Assembly (NCBI GenBank): GCA_965648915.1
Contig: CBFGIV010000031.1
Span: 1-24,904, forward strand
Origin: a candidate division WOR-3 bacterium
GTDB taxonomy: Bacteria > Hydrothermota > Tepidihabitantia > SM23-42 > CAYGYG01
Direction: 5' to 3'
DNA length: 24,904 bases
Part shown: positions 24,048 to 24,904 of the stretch, piece by piece
Position numbering within the stretch: the first letter of the stretch is position 1
Layout of the letters: every line of letters starts with the position of its first letter
Notes under the pieces: model-generated
The model's input: only the letters and a program-made list of their open reading frames with translations
Databases searched by the model: none
Told to the model about the DNA's origin: nothing
Translations under genes and position numbers: made by a program

Positions 24048-24738
24048 AGCGCCGCTCCCGCTTCTGAAAATCCTCGATTGCAGACTGGAGTTCCTTCTTA
24101 CGGAAGTCGGGCCAGAGTTTAGGGGTGAAGTATAACTCAGTATATGCCGATTGCCAGATTAAAAAATTGGAGAGTCGGATACGCTTCTCACAGCCGGTAC
24201 GAATCAAGATGTCCGGATCCGGGATTTCAGGATGGTAGAGAAAGTTTCTGAACCAGGTTTCGTCCACCTCATTTAAATCGATTTTCGATCTTCGATCGGT
24301 ATTCAGGATCTTTTTGACCGCATCGACTATTTCACCCCGTCCTCCATAACTCAGGGCAAGACAGAGAACAAGGCCTGGATTATTTTTAGTCAATTCAATC
24401 GATCTTTTAATCTCTTCCTGAATATCAGGTCTTAAATCGCTGGTCCGACCGATGAAGAGCATACGGACTTTATTCTTATGAAGTTCAGGGGTCTCCTTAA
24501 TCAGCAGTTCTTTTAACATATCCATCAGAAAATCGACCTCATCTTTGGGCCTCTGCCAGTTTTCAGTTGAGAAGGTATAGAGGGTTAGATACTTGATACC
24601 AAGCTCAGAAGCGGCCTTGACAATTGCCCGGACCGATTCGACCCCCTCACGATGGCCAACAATTCTGGGCAGCCCCCTTTTTTTCGCCCACCGGCCATTA
24701 CCATCCATAATAATTGCAATATGCTGGGGAATTGCCAT
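24031..24738 (-). CDS. uppS: Undecaprenyl-diphosphate synthase (cis-prenyltransferase)
   Basis: HIAIIMDGNGRWA, YTFSTENW.RP..EV, SYGGR.EI, DPDILIRT, RLSNFLIWQSAYTE, RRFG. Confidence 0.97.
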   Translation of the reverse strand: MAIPQHIAIIMDGNGRWAKKRGLPRIVGHREGVESVRAIVKAASELGIKYLTLYTFSTENWQRPKDEVDFLMDMLKELLIKETPELHKNKVRMLFIGRTSDLRPDIQEEIKRSIELTKNNPGLVLCLALSYGGRGEIVDAVKKILNTDRRSKIDLNEVDETWFRNFLYHPEIPDPDILIRTGCEKRIRLSNFLIWQSAYTELYFTPKLWPDFRKKELQSAIEDFQKRERRFGRVE

Positions 24739-24743
24739 ATAAT

Positions 24744-24771
24744 ATTATAACTGAAAACGAGTCAAAGTCAA
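24744..24771 (-). promoter_or_regulatory. sigma70-like promoter of uppS-cdsA-rarA (probably leaderless)
   Basis: TTGACT (24771-24766), N16, TATAAT (24749-24744); ATG follows after 5 nt. Confidence 0.75.
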
Positions 24772-24855
24772 CTTATAGTTCCTTAACTGAGTCCTCTCCA
24801 CTTTTCCTTTTGATTTTTTAGGAATTTTAAGGTATGATGAGGCAAGGAGGAAGAT

Positions 24856-24904
24856 ATGCAAAAACTAAAAATAGGCCTTACCCCACCATACCCATTAAAG
24901 AGAC
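24856..24904 (+). CDS. Start of a gene running out of the window (MQKLKIGLTPPYPLKR...)
   Basis: AAGGAGG SD at 24844-24850; upstream TTGATT-N17-TATGAT (24810-24838); frame open to the window end. Confidence 0.5.
   Translation, partial: MQKLKIGLTPPYPLKR

Noticed and set aside
23241..24738. uppS-cdsA as dedicated lipid-carrier supply for the GT-C
   Set aside because: uppS-cdsA is a widespread housekeeping pair, on the opposite strand in a separate operon; proximity may be coincidental.
1..24904. CRISPR array, tRNA/rRNA, IS, prophage or defence genes
   Set aside because: No regularly spaced repeats, cloverleafs, transposase, integrase or phage/defence motifs were seen by eye.

Overview
Gene-dense chromosomal segment from a diderm bacterium. 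The T9SS/FlgD-like C-terminal domains and the gingipain-like C25 peptidase suggest an FCB-related candidate lineage such as WOR-3, but this is inference only. In order, the window holds: the 3' part of a large secreted FN3/Asp-box protein; a stand-alone GMP synthase ATPPase subunit; a TetR-MMPL/RND-LolA-like-beta-barrel operon, divergent from two acyl-CoA dehydrogenase genes and a nitroreductase; trpS and asd; a DRG/TGS GTPase; a C25 peptidase; a YidD-like gene with two TPR/membrane genes; a 797-aa GT-C membrane protein with TPRs; and rarA, cdsA and uppS. The strongest candidate for an undescribed system is the GT-C protein (19606-21999). By eye it carries the ordered motifs of eukaryotic DPY19 tryptophan C-mannosyltransferases, including the catalytic Glu, and lacks the STT3/PglB WWDxG motif. 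Other notable observations: an unannotated, apparently leaderless Trp leader peptide with a complete attenuator upstream of trpS; complementary degeneration of the two ACADs, implying an obligate heteromer; paired TetR operators; and sigma70-like promoters that nearly all have 16-nt spacers, many driving leaderless starts. No rRNA, tRNA, CRISPR array or transposase was seen. All family assignments come from motif recognition, not database searches.
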